Shown: piece by piece, positions 62,692 to 64,000 of the stretch | Numbering within the stretch: position 1 is the stretch's first letter | How the letters are laid out: each line of letters begins with the position of its first letter | Assembly (NCBI RefSeq): GCF_018771565.1 | Contig: NZ_CP076326.1 | Location: 2,733,785 to 2,797,784, forward strand | Origin: Thermoflexus hugenholtzii | GTDB lineage: Bacteria; Chloroflexota; Anaerolineae; Thermoflexales; Thermoflexaceae | DNA length: 64,000 nt | Direction: 5' to 3' | Notes under the pieces: generated by a model | The model's input: the letters and a program-made list of their open reading frames with translations, nothing else | Databases searched by the model: none | Told to the model about the DNA's origin: nothing | Position numbers and translations under genes: made by a program

Positions 62692-62958
62692 TCAGAGCCC
62701 TCCGGCCAGCAGCGCCTTGAGGAGCCGGCCGGCCAGCTCGATGAGCAGGATGGCCACCAGGGGCGTGAAGTCCAGTCCGCCGACCGGGGGGATGTAACGC
62801 CGCAGCGGATTCAGCACCGGCTCCACCAGACCTCCCAGAAGACGGCGAGCCGGATGCCACGGGTCCATGCCGATCCACGAAGTGAACACGTAGACCACGA
62901 TCAGCAGGACGTAGAGGTTGACCAGGGCGTCCACCAGTGAGATCCAGTTTCCGGACAT
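62692..62958 (-). CDS. yggT: YggT family membrane protein
   Basis: 88 aa with two TM segments. 'LNPLRRYIPPVGGLDFTPLVAILLI' is the YggT signature region. It lies adjacent to yggS. Confidence 0.8.
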   Translation of the reverse strand: MSGNWISLVDALVNLYVLLIVVYVFTSWIGMDPWHPARRLLGGLVEPVLNPLRRYIPPVGGLDFTPLVAILLIELAGRLLKALLAGGL

Positions 62959-63082
62959 CTCCGTCGGTTTCCTCCTGAGGAATCAGGGAGGGCGGCCTGC
63001 GCGCCCATCCGTTCCCCATCTTACCTCAAGGCGGTTCCCCGGGGTGGAGGCAAGGGCCAGGGGTCGGGGGGCCGTGGGGACC

Positions 63083-63826
63083 TCAACGCGCGGGGCGTTC
63101 TCCGAAGATGGCCCGTCCCAGGCGGATCATCGTGGCGCCTTCCTCGATGGCCACCTCGAAGTCATCGGTCATCCCCATGGAGAGATGGGCCCAGGAGGCT
63201 CGGGGGAACCGCTTGGCCAGAAAGTCCCGCAGGGCCCGCAACCGCCGAAACACCGGCCGCACCGTTTCCGGGTCGGAGGCCATGGGGGCGACGGTCATCA
63301 GCCCGCTCACCCGCAGGCCCGGCAGGTCCAGGATACGGGCCACCGCCTCCATGAACGCCTCGCGCTGGCTCGGGTCCTCTTCCCAGCGGTGCAGAGGGAA
63401 GCCGTATTTGGTGGCCTCGCCGGAGACGTTGCACTCCAGCAGGATCTCCACGACCCGCCCGCTTTCCGCTGCGAGGCGGCTCAGCTTCTCGGCCAGGGGG
63501 AGCGAGTCCACGGAGTGGATCACCTCGAAGAGGCCCAGGGCCCGCCGCGCTTTCCGGCGCTGCAGGTGGCCCACCAGATGCCAGTGGATGTGGGCCTCGC
63601 TCCCCAGCCGGGCGTGCACCTGTGGGATCTTCTCCTCCGCCTCTTCCACCCGGTTCTCCCCGAAGACCCGCAGGCCGCAGGCATAGGCTTCGACGATGCG
63701 CTCCGGCGGCACCGTTTTGGTCACCGCCACCACCGTCACCTCGGCCGGATCCCGGCCCGCCCGGCGGGCGGCTCGGGCGATCCGCTCCTGCACCGCTGCC
63801 CAGCGTTCGGCGACGGAGGCTTCCAT
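63083..63826 (-). CDS. yggS: YggS-family PLP-binding (PLP homeostasis) protein
   Basis: 'VTVVAVTKTVP' holds the PLP Lys. 'VFGENRVEE', 'WHLVGHLQRRK' and 'LSMGMTDDFEVAIEEGATMIRLGRAIFG' are also present. I prefer ATG 63826 over the TTG at 63838. Confidence 0.9.
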   Translation of the reverse strand: MEASVAERWAAVQERIARAARRAGRDPAEVTVVAVTKTVPPERIVEAYACGLRVFGENRVEEAEEKIPQVHARLGSEAHIHWHLVGHLQRRKARRALGLFEVIHSVDSLPLAEKLSRLAAESGRVVEILLECNVSGEATKYGFPLHRWEEDPSQREAFMEAVARILDLPGLRVSGLMTVAPMASDPETVRPVFRRLRALRDFLAKRFPRASWAHLSMGMTDDFEVAIEEGATMIRLGRAIFGERPAR

Positions 63827-63834
63827 CGAGGGTC

Positions 63835-64000
63835 TCAACCCTTGATCACGGCAATCGGCCGCAGCCGGGCCACTTTCTTGGCGATCCCGGCGTGGTGGAC
63901 CACCTCGACCACGCGGCTGACGTCCTTGTAGGCCCGGGGGGCCTCCTCGGCCAGGCCGGCCATGGAGCCGGCGCGGACCACGATGCCCTGGCTCTCCAGC
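63835..64000 (-). CDS. 3' end of an unidentified CDS (5' part outside the window)
   Basis: Open frame ending '...[54 protein letters not shown]', with the stop (tca) at 63835..63837. I cannot assign a family from this fragment. Confidence 0.5.
   Translation of the reverse strand, partial: LESQGIVVRAGSMAGLAEEAPRAYKDVSRVVEVVHHAGIAKKVARLRPIAVIKG

Overview
High-G+C bacterial chromosome segment, densely coding, with many long spurious antisense ORFs. The gene content suggests a monoderm, Chloroflexota-like thermophile, but that taxon guess is inference only. I support about 60 CDSs, one tRNA, one IS element and a few regulatory sites or repeats.

**Layout, left to right**
- 2..1691: a partial primary sigma factor (RpoD/SigA-like), convergent with an ECF-like sigma gene.
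- 1928..20400: an ~18.5 kb run of 20 same-strand genes. It holds a complete Tad/Flp pilus set: CpaF/TadA, TadB, TadC, Flp pilin, TadE-like pseudopilins, prepilin peptidase, CpaB and TadZ/CpaE. Type VII secretion hallmarks are interleaved with it: two WXG100-type proteins, a WXG/LXG-like protein with a C39-like cysteine-peptidase domain, and a membrane-anchored EssC/EccC-like FtsK/SpoIIIE ATPase. It also contains large uncharacterised secreted proteins.
- 20415..26298: corA, a threonine aldolase, a KTSC-domain gene, and a PimA-like GT4, acyltransferase and inositol-3-phosphate synthase cluster.
- 26451..30766: an EVE-domain gene, a NurA nuclease, a stand-alone HAS-barrel-like protein and a HerA ATPase.
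- 31357..36150: a LacI-regulated sugar ABC operon.
- ~36780..38835: an IS607-type element (serine recombinase TnpA plus TnpB).
- 38839..51622: dtd, murJ, an enolase-superfamily gene, a methylmalonyl-CoA mutase and propionyl-CoA carboxylase cluster, uvrC and hemW.
- 51623..52169: an orphan ~550 bp convergent intergenic region.
- 52170..59248: an ECF sigma with a ZAS anti-sigma, a triple-GAF histidine kinase, a second MurJ-like flippase, an esterase, a double Nudix hydrolase and tRNA-Glu(CUC).
- 59269..64000: a phosphoesterase, a visibly low-G+C alpha/beta-hydrolase islet, then yggT and yggS.

**Best candidates for something undescribed**
1. The fused Tad and T7SS-like gene train, with its candidate effector and lipoprotein pair.
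2. The EVE-NurA-HAS-barrel-HerA cassette.

All functional calls come from reading motifs in the supplied translations. No database search was run. Start codons were chosen from RBS context or overlap with the upstream gene.
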